Shown here: positions 24,047-37,439 of the stretch, one piece after another | Numbering within the stretch: position 1 is the stretch's first letter | Layout: each line of letters begins with the position of its first letter | Source: Octopus sinensis | Lineage: Eukaryota | Reading direction: 5' to 3' | DNA: 64,000 nucleotides | NCBI RefSeq assembly: GCF_006345805.1 | Contig: NC_043001.1 | Span: forward strand, 84,444,001 to 84,508,000 | Position numbers and translations under genes: made by a program | The notes under the pieces: model-generated | The model's input: the letters and a program-made list of their open reading frames with translations, nothing else | Told to the model about the DNA's origin: nothing | Databases searched by the model: none

Positions 24047-24080
<34 letters not shown>

Positions 24081-24284
24081 TGTATGTATGTATGTATGTA
24101 TGTATGTATGTATGTATGAGTGTGTGTGTGTGTATGTATATATGTATGTATGTATGCAGATTTATGTTCTATTTATGTGTTTTCTCATGCATAGAGTTGC
24201 ATGTCTAGACGTGCTCATTTATATTTAAATGATTACCTTCTGGAAAATTTTACAGATTTTTAAGATACTAGTGATGGCTAGTGA

Positions 24285-24617
24285 AGGCGCATGGCTCAGT
24301 GGTTAGAGCGTCGATCTTACGATCGTGCGATTGTGAGTTCGAATCCCTGACCGGGCTGCGTGTTGTGTTCTTAAGCAAGACACTATATTTCACGTTGCTC
24401 CAGTTCACTCAGCCGTAGAAATGGGTTGCGACGTCACAGGTGCCAAGCTGTATCGGCCTTTTATTTTCCCTTGGAAAACACTGGTGGTGTGGAAAGGAGA
24501 GGCCGGTATGCATGGGTGACTGCTGGTCTTCCATAAACAACCTTGCCCGGACTTGTGCCTGGGAGGGTAACTTTCTAGGTGCAATCCCATAGCCAGTCAT
24601 AATCGAAGGGGGTCTCA
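24285..24617 (+). mobile_element. tRNA-headed SINE (family 1)
   Basis: AGGCGCATGGCTCAGTGGTTAGAGCGTCG..GTTCGAATCCC..TTGTGTTCTTAAGCAAGACAC. Confidence 0.9.
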
Positions 24618-25651
24618 GCAGTGACGGCTTGGATCTGTATTCTTCGAATCTGCTTTCTCCTTTCTGGTTTTGAGAAACCTAATTTCTCAAGATTGGTATT
24701 TACGCAGTGTGTTACAGTGTCCCAGTGTATCACAGTGCCCCAATAATTATAAGTATAAACCTGAACGTGTAATCTGAAAATAGTACCTGTAGATTCCTCA
24801 AGCAGAGGTATTTTTTTTCACTGATCTTAAGTTCTATGTTAATATCTACTTGGCAGCTGATCTCCGCAGCTGTACACATTTCCTCTTCTCAGTCTCAAAT
24901 AACTATGTCAAATCTATTATGTTTACGTATTATGCATATATGCATGTATGTATGTATGTATATATGTATGTATATATTATGTATGTATGTATGTATGTAT
25001 GTATGTATGTATGTATGTATGTATGTATGTATGTATGTATGTGTATGTAATTTGGATGGACGGATTGATTCAGATGTCTATATATGTGAAAATATGGGTA
25101 TGTGACAATTTATATATGAAATTGTGTGTGAAAAAGGGGGTTGTCGGGATAAGAAAATATATCTGTAGGTACAAACTTGCAATGAAATAAAAACATACTT
25201 ACAAAAATGCATACAATGCATAAGAATTCACACCTATATTCTCAAGGCAGGTATACAGGTTTGGATAAACATACATTAACAGGTGAAAATGAAAAATGCG
25301 TATAAAGAATACGACACAGGTGTTTATAGTTAGAAATAGCTCGTATATTTGTAGGAGCATCTCAAGAAGTTAAACATTATTTAATCAATAATCATACACG
25401 TGCATGTTCTATATTAATAACTAGCACTTCTATACAAACACAACATGCGCAAAAAGCTATAAATAAAAACTATATACTACAGGGATATATGTGCATGCGA
25501 GCGAGTCCTGCTTTGAAAATATAATGGATGTGATATAACTGATATATATATACAGACACATTTAGTAAGAGTTACATATATCACTTAAATCAGTTTGGTT
25601 TTGTTAGGCTTCTTACAGAAACCCAGCCCATCGCGCTCAGTTGGCCGAATA

Positions 25652-25765
<114 letters not shown>

Positions 25766-25856
25766 ATGTGTGTGTGTGTTTATATATATGTGTGTGTATG
25801 TATGTATGTGTATGTGTATATATATATATATATATATAATATATATATATATATAG

Positions 25857-25889
<33 letters not shown>

Positions 25890-25910
25890 ATACATACATA
25901 TACATATGCA

Positions 25911-25991
<81 letters not shown>

Positions 25992-26492
25992 AACACACAG
26001 ACAGACATGTATATATATATATTATATATATATATATATATCTATATACATTATGTACAGTGGAGTTATATAAAATGAAATATATTAAATTTGAAAGTAA
26101 TGACAACAAAAATATTGCACATAAAATTGTGTGCCATAATAATGCATGAGCACATGACTCGCAGCCATGCATTTCTAACAGGGAATAAGCGACACGAAAG
26201 TTGGCAGTAGATATTTTGTGAGTGCTGAACAAAATATCCTTCCATCTACTAACGTGGAATGCAAACTCATTTTGATAGCACCAAATTATAACATTATTAT
26301 TAACTACTTGGTAATGATTAGTATAAGGGAAACCGGCCGTCAGTGTAAATATTTTATTTCTTAAAAAAAAAAAAAAATATTATATTTGTTACTACAGGCT
26401 ATCACGTGGAACGTTTTTCTCGAACCTTTTCCCAACTCTCTCTCTCTCTCTGTCTTTCTGTCTCTCTCTTTCTCTGTCTTTCTCTGCGTCTA

Positions 26493-26550
<58 letters not shown>

Positions 26551-26805
26551 AGTATATTATGTTTACGTAATATGTAAGTATGTATGTATGTGTGCATGTA
26601 CGCGTGTGTGTGTGTGTAAATATATAGATATATAGTAGTCTTAGTACTACAGTAGCGTGTCTCTTAGTACATCTTGTCGCATGGTTGTGCTGATTGCGCC
26701 TAAAACAGCAACCCAGTCAACCCTTATTAGTAAGGACGGTTGTTTTTGTGGGACAGACATCCTGCTAGCACGAAAAACAAAACCTGTCAAAGGATGGATG
26801 TACTC

Positions 26806-27099
26806 TATTAAGTCAACGTCCACCAATCAGCAGAGAGACAACCTAGCCTTTGTAAAACAACCGGAAATGAGGGATCCCTAACTGCCATTTCAACATCGTT
26901 TTGAAAAGGGGACACTCATATAAAACTTACGGTTTCATTTCATTAATAGTCGGACTCGGAGAATGCTACTTGTGTTGTAATAAATACTGGCAGAAAATAT
27001 GTTAGAACATTAATGGGAGGAATAGCGTTAGAAGAATTAGTAAAAAAAATATGTAACATCTAAAGTTAAGCAATTTCAGATGTCAGTGTACGTCTTTGG
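26806..27099 (+). repeat. Left arm of ~300-bp inverted repeat
   Basis: TATTAAGTCAACGTCCACCAATCAGCAG..CAGATGTCAGTGTACGTCTTTG is the reverse complement of 29276-29598, apart from two short indels. Confidence 0.95.
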
Positions 27100-27985
27100 T
27101 TCAGCCTGGTGAAGGTGGTTTTTTTCTAATTGTCTAACAGTGACTTTTCAAGTGCTGCGTTTTCGAAATAATTCTGATCTGGTGTTTAAATAAGGACATT
27201 CATTATGTAGATTATTGAAGATCATTTCTTTGTTTTGTTGTGCACAAATTATGCTATTTCTTTCAAAGTTAGCGAAAGATTTAAGCATGCGTGCAGGAAA
27301 CAACATGTCTTTCCAGTTTGGACAGAATATCCACGAAGTATTTGCGCAATACAAACATGGAAAGGAAAGATAAAATCTATGAACAGGAGAAAAAACGAAA
27401 ATCATTAAAAACTATGATATTAAAACCACTATTTAAACACAAGATCAGAGATATCAAGAAATGCATACATTTGGAAAACCACAAGTATCGAAACTCGTGA
27501 ACACCACCTTGACAGTTTACCGCATCGCCAACCTAAATTTGCCGTGTGTACACGCTATATTTAGGCTGCAAAAATACTTTGTTCCTTACCTGATAATTAC
27601 CATTCTGTAGCTACAAGGAAATATGGTGAGGAAAAGTAGCTGTTATAGTTGCGAAGAAATATGATAAGGAAGATGCAAATTAAATGAGATAAAAATAGAT
27701 AAAAACAGAAGTGGGGTAAGAAGAATCGATATTTTTCTCCTGATTTCACTATTTTTATTCTTAAAATTTCATAACTTATTTATATTGTGCCCAACTGAAG
27801 GGAATTAATGACAATACAATTTCCAGAGAAATAATGCTAATATTAAATCGTAGAATTACAAGAAATGGATTCTATGGTGTTTTTGTATAATGTTATTATA
27901 TATAAATAAAATGAAACAAATGTGCAAGTACATTATTTACATTACTGATATTTGACGGATATTTGTCATCATCTTGTTTGTTGTT

Positions 27986-28030
27986 AACACAACGTTTCGG
28001 CTGATATAACCTCCAGCCTTCATATGGTGT
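27986..28030 (-). pseudogene. Decayed minimal hammerhead ribozyme
   Basis: ACAC-CATATGA-A-GGCTG(GAGGTTATAT)CAGCC-GAAAC-GTT-GTGT: stems I and II are perfect, but the core reads CATATGA instead of CTGANGA. Confidence 0.7.
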
Positions 28031-28078
28031 CTTGGGGACATTTTGAACATGGGTTTTCATTCCTAAGGTATTTTTCGA

Positions 28079-28130
<52 letters not shown>

Positions 28131-28579
28131 TTGATATTAGTAAAGTATAGTCTTTAAAGAAAAATCATGAGGTAAATGTACATTGTACATAGGTGAGCAA
28201 AATAAACTCTCAGTATTTAAGTGATTCTAAATAATTCTAGAGTGTCTGTTAACTTTCCAGAACACACAAGGCTAGTTTTATTCAAAGAAGAGGAATAAAA
28301 ATTTCATACTGCCATGAATTCTTTATTAATTTTTAGAGACAACTTTAATATCCCCACAGTCAATATTGGCAAAAAATAACATTTGCAAATGCAGTAACAT
28401 AAAATACAAACCAAAACGAACATTCACAAAACAACTCGAAAAAAGAACAAACTTTTAACTAGTAAGTCTAAAATGCATGAATGAACAAACTGAGAAAAGA
28501 TGTACTGTCACTGAAAAATAAATGAAAAATAAACACCATGTGGAAGATAACTTAACATATCTAAGTCATCTCTAATATA

Positions 28580-28802
28580 TTTCTTTATTGCCCACAAAGG
28601 GTTAAACATAGAGGGGACAAACAAGGACAGACAAAGGGAATAAGTCGATTACATCAATCCCAGTGCGTAACTGGTACTTAATTTATCGACCCCGAAAGGA
28701 TGAAAGGCAAACTCGACCTCAGCGGAATTTGAACTCAGAACGTAACGGCAGACGAAATACCGCTAAGCATTTCGCCCGGTGTGCTAACGTTTCTGCCAGC
28801 TC
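28580..28802 (-). mobile_element. Family-3 SINE, near full length
   Basis: GAGCTGGCAGAAACGTTAGCACACCGGGCGAAATGCTTAGCGGTATTTCGTCTGCCGTTACGTTCTGAGTTCAAATTCCGC.. Confidence 0.92.
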
Positions 28803-28809
28803 GATATGT

Positions 28810-29055
28810 TTTAGAATTAGTTTCAGGAGAATGTCCATGAGGCAACTTGATGTGTTTCACAAGATGGTCCAGCCACAATGGGCCATAATTTTAGGTCTCC
28901 CGGTGCTGGTTTGTGTATACCTTTGGAGATTTTTGATGGTTTCATTTATACTTTGGATTTTGTGAATTTTAGAAAGACCATAGGACTTACATTTAAAGTT
29001 TGTCAAATAGTCTATTTTTTTAGGCTAGGTCTTTTCCGTGGGTTTCGATTAGTGA
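28810..29055 (-). pseudogene. Penelope-like reverse transcriptase fragment
   Basis: Minus strand DYLTNFKCKSYGLSKIHK..PGDLKLWPIVAGPSCETH resembles the PLE RT motifs YGLPKIHK and RPIVAGP. Confidence 0.75.
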
Positions 29056-29275
29056 AGAGGGGGTTTACCTTTTTTTTGGGGGGGGGGGTGTATAATTACT
29101 GATTTTTTTCGCAGGAGTGGCTGTGTGGTAAAAATCTTGCTTACAAACCACATGGTTTCAGGTTCAGTATATATAAATATACTTTATCGTAGACAAAAGA
29201 AAGGTGATATTTCAGCAAAATGTTCTAGGAGAGAAAGGAAAAGAAATAGGGTTGAATTAAATAAATCTTTTATAT

Positions 29276-29598
29276 CAAAGACGTACACTGACATCTGAAA
29301 TTGCTTAACTTTAGATGTTACATATTTTTTTACTAATTCTTCTAACGCTATTCCTCCCATTAATGTTCTAACATATTTTCTGCCAGTATTTATTACAACA
29401 CAAGTAGCATTCTCCGAGTCCCAGTGCAGGCTGAAGCGAGACGACTATTAATGAAATGAAACCGTAAGTTTTATATGAGAGTGTCCCCTTTTCAAAACGA
29501 TGTTGAAATGGCAGTTAGGGATCCCTCATTTCCGGTTGTTTTACAAAGGCTAGGTTGTCTCTCTCATACCCTGCTGATTGGTGGACGTTGACTTAATA
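29276..29598 (-). repeat. Right arm of ~300-bp inverted repeat
   Basis: CAAAGACGTACACTGACATCTG..GGTGGACGTTGACTTAATA. Carries ~21-nt and ~8-nt segments absent from the left arm. Confidence 0.95.
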
Positions 29599-30120
29599 TC
29601 AATTTTGGATTTCCTCATGATTTTTGTACAAAATCCACTTAGTGCTGGAATCTTCTTTTACAGAAGACAACAACCACTTACTACTACTACTACTACTACT
29701 ACTACAACAACTACTACTACTACTATTACTACTACTACTACTAGCAGCAGCACACAAACCAGTCACAAACAGCATGTGAACTTTCGGAACTGGTAGAATG
29801 ACAATCTCCTTCAAACTTTAGTAACCGGTTACAATTTTTGTCCATTGTATAATTCTCAGTGTTCTGTTTTTCTATTTTTTTAATCATATTTACTCGGGTA
29901 AATCTTCTAACATTTTTAACATACATACATACAGAACACCCCGCCACATGAAAACACTCACACACACACACGCACACACACACAACACACACACACTGAA
30001 TTATAAGAAATATTATTAAATGCACATGATGGGTAATTATTAAACAGAGTTCTTAAGTGTATAAATATATAAATATACATATAAATATAAATATATGTAT
30101 ATATATATAAATAAATAAAT

Positions 30121-30364
30121 GCGCCCTTTTAAAGTCTAGCTAGGCTCATGGGCCCGGTTTCCCGGTTTCTATGGCGTATGTGTTCCCCAGCTGGACGGGA
30201 CGCCAGTCCATCGCAGCGTTACTCATTTTTGCCAGCTGAGTGGACTGGGGCAAAGTGAAATGAAGTGATTTGCTCAAGAACACAACGCGTCGCCCGGTCC
30301 AGGAATCGAAACCACAATCTTACGATCATGGTGCTGACACCCTAACCACTAAGCCACGCGCCTC
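30121..30364 (-). mobile_element. tRNA-headed SINE (family 1)
   Basis: Minus strand GAGGCGCGTGGCTTAGTGGTTAGGGTG..GGTTTCGATTCCTGGACCGGGCG. Confidence 0.9.
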
Positions 30365-30408
30365 CACTATATATATATCTATATATATATATATATATAA
30401 TATATATA

Positions 30409-30465
<57 letters not shown>

Positions 30466-30892
30466 ATATATATAATATATATATATATATATTATATATT
30501 ATATATATATATTATATATATATATATTAATATATATATATATATAATATATTATAAGAAATGCACATGATGGGTAATTATTAAACAGAAGTATGTTAAA
30601 TACTAATATTAATTTCTTAAGGAATAATGCAAGTGCAACAGGCGTATATTTTTTCTATGACACTGTCAGTCACAGGTAAAAATAATCATGTCACGCGGCA
30701 AGTAACTTGCGTATAATAAGTATATGATTGAGTTCTTAAAATTTTGTTCATTCGTCTGGTACCATAACCCGGACTTATTCATTCGTCTGGTACCATAAAC
30801 CCGGCATTGTGCATGACGATATGTCATGTCTCATCATTGCAAACACTCGTATGTACTTCTCGACAGGATAATACATACATACATACATACAT

Positions 30893-30979
<87 letters not shown>

Positions 30980-31194
30980 CACTTATACATATGTGTGTCT
31001 GTGTGTGTGTGTGTCTGTATTGTATAAGTACAGGGCTTGAGATTTTGCAGGAAGTGGCTTGAAAATTGTTCCGAAAGAGCTCGACTGGTACACATCTAAT
31101 CAATATTCTATTGAAAGGGTAATATATATACAGGTTTGACCAAGAGTCACCCGGCATTAAACCAAAATGTGACATGTGTGGTTGGATGTGTGTA

Positions 31195-31282
<88 letters not shown>

Positions 31283-31401
31283 ATATATATATACACATAC
31301 ATATATATATACATATACATATATATATTTCTTTTTTTTTAGTTTCAGCACAGAGCTGCGACCATGGTGATGCACCGCCGTGTATGTATGTATATATAAA
31401 T

Positions 31402-31526
<125 letters not shown>

Positions 31527-32651
31527 CATATATATATACATGCACACACACATATATATATATTTATAAATCTGTATGTGTGTATGTGTTTATATGTGTA
31601 ACGTACAATAATTCCTTATTTCTGTGCAGCTCTTTAGATATGTCGCTCGTTCGCATATAAATATACATGAACGAGTTCTGCTTAATTGTACCACACACTT
31701 AAGCAATATCAAAAGCGACAGTTATGTCTGAAAGATGAAATCAGAACCCAAATATTCTCAGCTCAGTAACTTTACAGAAGATGAGAGAGAAACCAACCTC
31801 TTAAGCGTAGGTAAAGCTATTGCAAGCTACTACTTTGCTAGCATAACGAAACTGTTATTTAGAATATATATTGCAATCCTCGAGCGTTTTTAGCTAAACA
31901 CTATGTACTACATGATGCGTGTCTCTGAGAGAATGTACGTGAGTGAGTCTTTATATTAATGGGTGTAAGCATATTCAGGTATGTGGTGTTGTGTGTGTTC
32001 GGGAATAGGGGCGTATTAGCTTTTTTTTTGTGTGTATGTGAAGAAAACTATACCCGAAACACTTCGATGCGGAATAAGTGTAAGGTAGCTTAAACGATAT
32101 TGGAATCCTCCAAATCGCACGAACCAAATGGCTAATGAGAAAACAAAGGTATTGATTTTCGTGAAAGTATAGCTAGCGATATCTGGCTTGAGTCACAACG
32201 AAGTGTATTGAAAAATATGAGAACTGACTAAACAGTGTTTCCGATCATAACACTATGACAGAACAAAGGGTAGAATAGTAGGGCGTAAAGCGCACGTTTA
32301 AAATGCTCCAACAAAAACTATATAACGCCTAGATTAACTTAAATGCACCACAGTCCAATGATAGCTTAGCTGGCCGAAACTTCGAAGTTACTGTCAATAC
32401 TATTCTGGTTAAAGAATAATAAAATTTTACTCTTCAAATTATGTAGTAACGTAAAATTGTTTTTATAACTGAACATAAAAATATAGCTTTCAACCGTTGA
32501 TATGTATATATAAAAGAAAATACAGGAGGATTTTATTCAACATAGTCTTCTCTCAAATTCACTCACTTATTTTAGTGGTCCTTCAGTTTTTCTAAGCATT
32601 GTAAAAGAATACGGAATATTGGGCCTCCAACTGTTCTTTCACGATACTCTT

Positions 32652-32682
32652 AAAGCTAGGAACTTTTCAGCACCCCTTGATA
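32652..32682 (-). mobile_element. Isolated mariner-like terminal inverted repeat
   Basis: Minus strand TA-TCAAGGGGTGCTGAAAAGTTCCTAGCTTT resembles mariner TIRs. No partner end or ORF was found. Confidence 0.45.
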
Positions 32683-33509
32683 TCTGGCCTGTTGAAATCT
32701 TATTTAAGACGCGATATACACAATACGCCCATTTGTGTGCAAATAGACGCAAAAATAGCTGCTGTTCATTGTCGAAATATATCTGCTATCTAAAGAACTG
32801 CATAGTGTAAAAGTACATAATTAAATGGAAAGTTCCTGTTGATGCGAAACAACAACTGCAACATAAGTGCAGCTGATAAACTCATGATAACAACACTGTC
32901 GGTTAATTTATTTATTGAAGGGACGAAAAACATTTTCTTCTGTGCTTTTAATAACATTGAAATTATATTTTTTCGAAGATCTCCCGGTCCCAGATGGATT
33001 ACAACTCTATTGGAGATATGAACCTCGCTTTAAAAATACTGTCACACGGCAGCCAATTTTAACTACAACTCTTTAAAATGTTACATGAATATTTGAGAAA
33101 CTTTATTTTATTCTATTTCCACAATCCGGTTGCACATTTGTAGAACTCCCTTGGTTGTCCAAGATGCCCGTATTTTGCTCTTGTAACGAACGTATCAGTT
33201 GCATTTGCTTAAACCCATATATTGTCCACTTGAATTTCATAGTCTCTTAACTCTGAAGTCGATTGTAGAGGAAATGTACAGAGCGGATAACCTCTCACTG
33301 ACTACTAGAGATATAGTCGGCAGCGGGTAAATGAATGAAACAACTATTCTCAGCAACATTGAATGGTAAATTGCTATCACTCGTTCGGTGTATTTTACGT
33401 AATATAATATAATACATATAGACACATGTACACACATATATAAATGTTTGTTTTATGTTCAGTCATAATCCTCCTCCTCCTCCTCCTCCTCACTCATCAT
33501 CATCATCAT

Positions 33510-33540
<31 letters not shown>

Positions 33541-33561
33541 CCTCCTCCTCCTCCTCCTCCA

Positions 33562-33770
33562 CTATAGGCACATGGTCTGAAGTTTGGGGCAGAGGGATAA
33601 TTGATTACATCGACCCCAATAATTTTGGTACATATTTTATCGACCCCAGAATGATGAAAGGATGTAAGACGAAGTCGAACTCAGCGTAATTTGAACTCAG
33701 AACGTAAGGACCGGCTAAATGCCGGAAGTATTTTACCCGGCGTGCTAACGGTTCTGCCAGCTCGCTGCCT
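33562..33770 (-). mobile_element. Family-3 SINE
   Basis: TATCGACCCCAGAATGATGAAAGG..GAAGTCGAACTCAGCGTAATTTGAACTCAGAACG..GTGCTAACGGTTCTGCCAGCTCGC. Confidence 0.85.
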
Positions 33771-33860
33771 TTTTTTTTTTTTTTTACATAAATCAGAAGG
33801 GTTACGCAATAAGTTTGTAGAGTACAAATTTATTATTCTTAAAGAACAATATTACTGATT

Positions 33861-33944
33861 ATTGATGGTGACTTCGAAGTTTCGGCCCGCTAGGCATCTG
33901 CGGACGTTGGCTTAGTGGGCTGAAACTTCGAAGTCACAGCCAAT
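33861..33944. repeat. Short fold-back containing HHR 3' halves
   Basis: GTGACTTCGAAGTTTCGGCCCGCTAG / TTAGTGGGCTGAAACTTCGAAGTCAC. Confidence 0.75.
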
Positions 33945-35061
33945 GACCTTCTTGCTTTAAAATTATATTTGTGTGTGTAAATGTGTGTGTATATATATAT
34001 ATATATACCTTGTGTACGTGTACAGAAAACAGAAAAAAAGACAGAGAGACATTGGAAAGATCAAATAAAGACTATCCATCTAGATTATCAGAACAAAGAA
34101 CCAAACCAACACACATACAAACATACATACATATACGCAGAGACACATATATTCACTTGCAAATTTCGATGCCAAGGGATACGCAAGTTAATGATACTAG
34201 CTTGTTTGGGAAACTGACATTCTCACTAACTACAAAATGTCAAACGAAGGAATTATATCAAGATTTTTGTACGAAGATTATTCCTCGAAGTGTGTCAAGT
34301 TGTATGAGTGGAGCGTTGAAAGAAACAAAGGTACTAGGCTTGGATTACATGTACTTTGAAAACGTTAGCGAATAGACGCGTCTTGAAGAGGAGAAGGGAA
34401 ATGACGGCGATTCTATTTGCAGGCAGTTTTATTGCGATACATTGTTGTTTGTAGCAAAAGTGTTTGCTATTAGATCATCAGGTTTCATAGCTAGAGGTAA
34501 GTGATATAACAGACTGCTATATATAATTTCTTTAAAGAACAATGAACTTAAATCACTCGTTCATAATTCTTTACCCCGCTTGAGTTCATCTATCATATAC
34601 GTATGTATGTAGGTTTTATGCATGTATGTATGCATGTTTTTTATGTATGTATGTATGTATGTATATATGCATGAATGAATATATGTGTGTATGTACGTAT
34701 AAGTGCATGTGTGCATGTACTTGAGAACGAATATATGAATCTATGTATAGATGTATACGTATGTATGTATGTGTGTATATATATATCTATGTATATTTGT
34801 ATGCATGCATGCAGGTATGTATGGATGTATGAATGTATGCATCAATGTAAGACTATATGCATGCATGTATATATGTATGTATGTCCTGGGTAGGACTTGA
34901 AACTATATCCGGTATGGGAGTTCTAGAGTTTGAGGAGCGGGGAACCATCTCTTTGCCATGATTGTCCTCAGGTCAACTCTGAACCGAGGTAGTAGCACCT
35001 GCTAGGTCCCAGTATCCCCACCCCTCCCCCACATATATATATATGTTTGTATATGTATATG

Positions 35062-35432
35062 CAGGAGTGGCTGTGTGGTAAGTAGCTTGTCTACCAACCA
35101 CACGGTTGCGGGTTCAGTCCCACTGCGTGGCATCTTGGGCAAGTGTCTTCTGCTATAGCCCCGGGCCGACCAATGCCTTGTGAGTGGATTTGGTAGACGG
35201 AAACTGAAAGAAGCCTGTCGTATATATGTATATATATGTATATGTGTGTGTGTTTGTGTGTCTGTGTTTGTCCCCCTAGCATTGCTTGACAACCGATGCT
35301 GGTGTGTTTACGTCCCCGTCACTTAGCGGTTCGGCAAAAAAGGACCGATAGAATAAGTACTAAAGGTGGTGCTCCAGCATGGCCGCAGTCAAATGACTGA
35401 AACAAGTAAAAATAGTAAAAAGAGTAAAAAGA

Positions 35433-35433
<1 letters not shown>
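35062..35433 (+). mobile_element. Family-2 SINE, full-length reference copy with internal (TA)n(TG)n
   Basis: CAGGAGTGGCTGTGTGGTAAGTAGCTTG..GGTTCAGTCCCACTGCGTGGCATCTTGGGCAAGTGTC..AAATGACTGAAACAAGTAAAA-(AGTAAAA)n tail. Confidence 0.93.
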
Positions 35434-35511
<78 letters not shown>

Positions 35512-35543
35512 TTACACACGCACACCACACACACACAAAAACA

Positions 35544-35581
<38 letters not shown>

Positions 35582-35803
35582 ACACACAGAGGAGAGTGAT
35601 AGAGATAGAGAGAGAGATATAGAGAAGATATATATAAAATTGTTATTTGCACCGCGTACAGATCTGGATTAACCATTTGTATATTTATTCTTAAAATCTT
35701 TTGGTAGCTTCATACACGTAATATGGTGATTACTACAGTGTACATCATAGGATATAACTATCTCTCTTTTACGGCGGTAGTGTGTTCATCACACGTGACT
35801 CAC

Positions 35804-35840
35804 TGGCACAGAGGATTCTAAAATGTTTGTGTCTCGCCAT
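35804..35840 (-). CDS. Candidate short N-terminal coding exon D (MARHKHFRILCA + phase 1)
   Basis: ATG context CAATATGGCG, consensus donor A|GTGAGT, open frame back to an acacag acceptor. No homology support. Confidence 0.35.
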
Positions 35841-36343
35841 ATTGTGCCTCCTCAGACAGAAGTACTCCGGACTTTTGACTCTGTCCAAGCACGTGGCTTT
35901 GTTTATAGTTTCAGCGAAGAAATTGTTTGCTGATCTGTGTATATATAGACATATATCTGCCAACCGATAAAAAATCGTTATACCGTATATGCATAAAAGC
36001 ATAATCTGTAAATCCTGTCTATTTGTGAATATACAAATAGATAGCTAGATATACTAAAGACAAAGACAAACAAACTCCTATCAAATACTGATGAATAGGT
36101 AGAGTTACAAATGATTAAATACATTGATAAGTATAGAAAGACGAGCAAAACGTCCCCCGTTCAATAGACGGTGCTGAGTTGTCAAACATTTAAACCAAAT
36201 TTTCTCAAAACTTTTCATTAAAACATATTTAAGCATGCCTTTATTTCAATAAAATTTTTGGTTTTGTTAAACGAAGTTAAGGCGAAAAAAAAATTATTGA
36301 GAAACCAAATAGTATTTCTTTGCTTCATGCCAAGTTTGAAGAA

Positions 36344-36456
36344 AATATTTCTTTTGCATCTTACTTTTCTGGTCTCTTAAATATCTCTTTTGCATATTAC
36401 ATTATTGGTCTCTTAAATATCTCTTTTCCATCTTACTTTTTTGGTCTCTTAAATAT
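36344..36456 (+). repeat. 36-bp minisatellite, about 3 copies
   Basis: AATAT(T/C)TCTTTT(G/C)CAT(C/A)TTAC..TT(C/T)TGGTCTCTTA repeated. Confidence 0.85.
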
Positions 36457-36459
36457 ACT

Positions 36460-36760
36460 GCATTTTGCGGCGTTATTTCAAGCCAGCCAGCTTTTTTGCG
36501 CAAACTGCAGGTGCATTTTTCTCGCGTACGCGTAGTATCGATCGCAACAGCTGATGTACGTGCGCGTACAAATGCACGTTACCACGGTTTTATCGATCGC
36601 ATTCTCACCTGGAATCGATTTTTGTAATTATTTCAAGATTTGTACACGGCCTGATACCGTCGGTATCTACATATCAAATTTGAGCGCAATCGGATGGAGG
36701 ATGCCCGAGATCCTAGAAGACATACACATAGACAGACAGAACGGATTTTAAATAATAGAT
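36460..36760 (+). mobile_element. Helitron-like non-autonomous element, 3' part
   Basis: ATCAAATTTGAGCGCAATCGGATG..CCGAGATCCTAGAAGAC..(CAGA)n..ATTTTAAATAATAGAT layout resembles small Helitron/Helentron derivatives (from recall). Confidence 0.4.
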
Positions 36761-37252
36761 AGTTAGAAGCACACCTATTTGTATTTCAATAGTATGCTTT
36801 AGCTACTATATTTATCTAATATTGTGTTTTGACAGAAATACTTCAATTATTTTAACCACATACATCCGTTTAGCTAAACGGGAAGCCCCCAGGAAGAGAG
36901 GAGCGGAAAATGGAAGACATGTACGATAAACTTCCATTCGCAGGCTTGTGAATAATGATCTTGACGATAGTTTCTCTTTCACAAGCGGAAGTTGTACCTT
37001 AGCAATACCATATTTGGAATGGAAACCTCTTCAGGAATTTTATTCTGACAAAAGTTTGCCAGAGGCAAAAGGTTAAGAGGAATTTGTGACAACATTAAAC
37101 GACTAAACGGAATGCGCAAAATACGTACCTTACAAAACAACATAATGAAAGATTTACGTGTGAATATCAGCAATGCTAGCAATTTAACAAAGAAAGTGGG
37201 AGAAGGAAAGCTTGTACTGTGCTGCATTATCAATTCATTTATCTTTACCAAT

Positions 37253-37420
37253 AGACGCAGGCTTAGTTATGTGGTAAGAAGCTTGCTTCTCAACGATATT
37301 GTTCGGGGATACGTCCCACTGCGTGACACTTTGGTGCAAATGTCTTCTGCTATAGCCTCGGGCTGACCAAAGCCTTGTGAGTGGATTTAGTAGACGGAAA
37401 CTGAAAGAAGTCCGTCGTAT
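37253..37420 (+). mobile_element. Family-2 SINE head ending in (TA)n
   Basis: ATGTGGTAAGAAGCTTGCTTC..CCCACTGCGTGACACTTTGG..GTAGACGGAAACTGAAAGAAGTCCGTCGTATATA. Confidence 0.85.
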
Positions 37421-37439
37421 ATATATATATATATATATG

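Noticed and set aside
31735-31810. Plus-strand MKSEPKYSQLSNFTEDERETNLLSV followed by G|GTAAAG
   Set aside because: Plausible-looking but short, with no homology or convincing partner exon. Indistinguishable from chance without RNA data.
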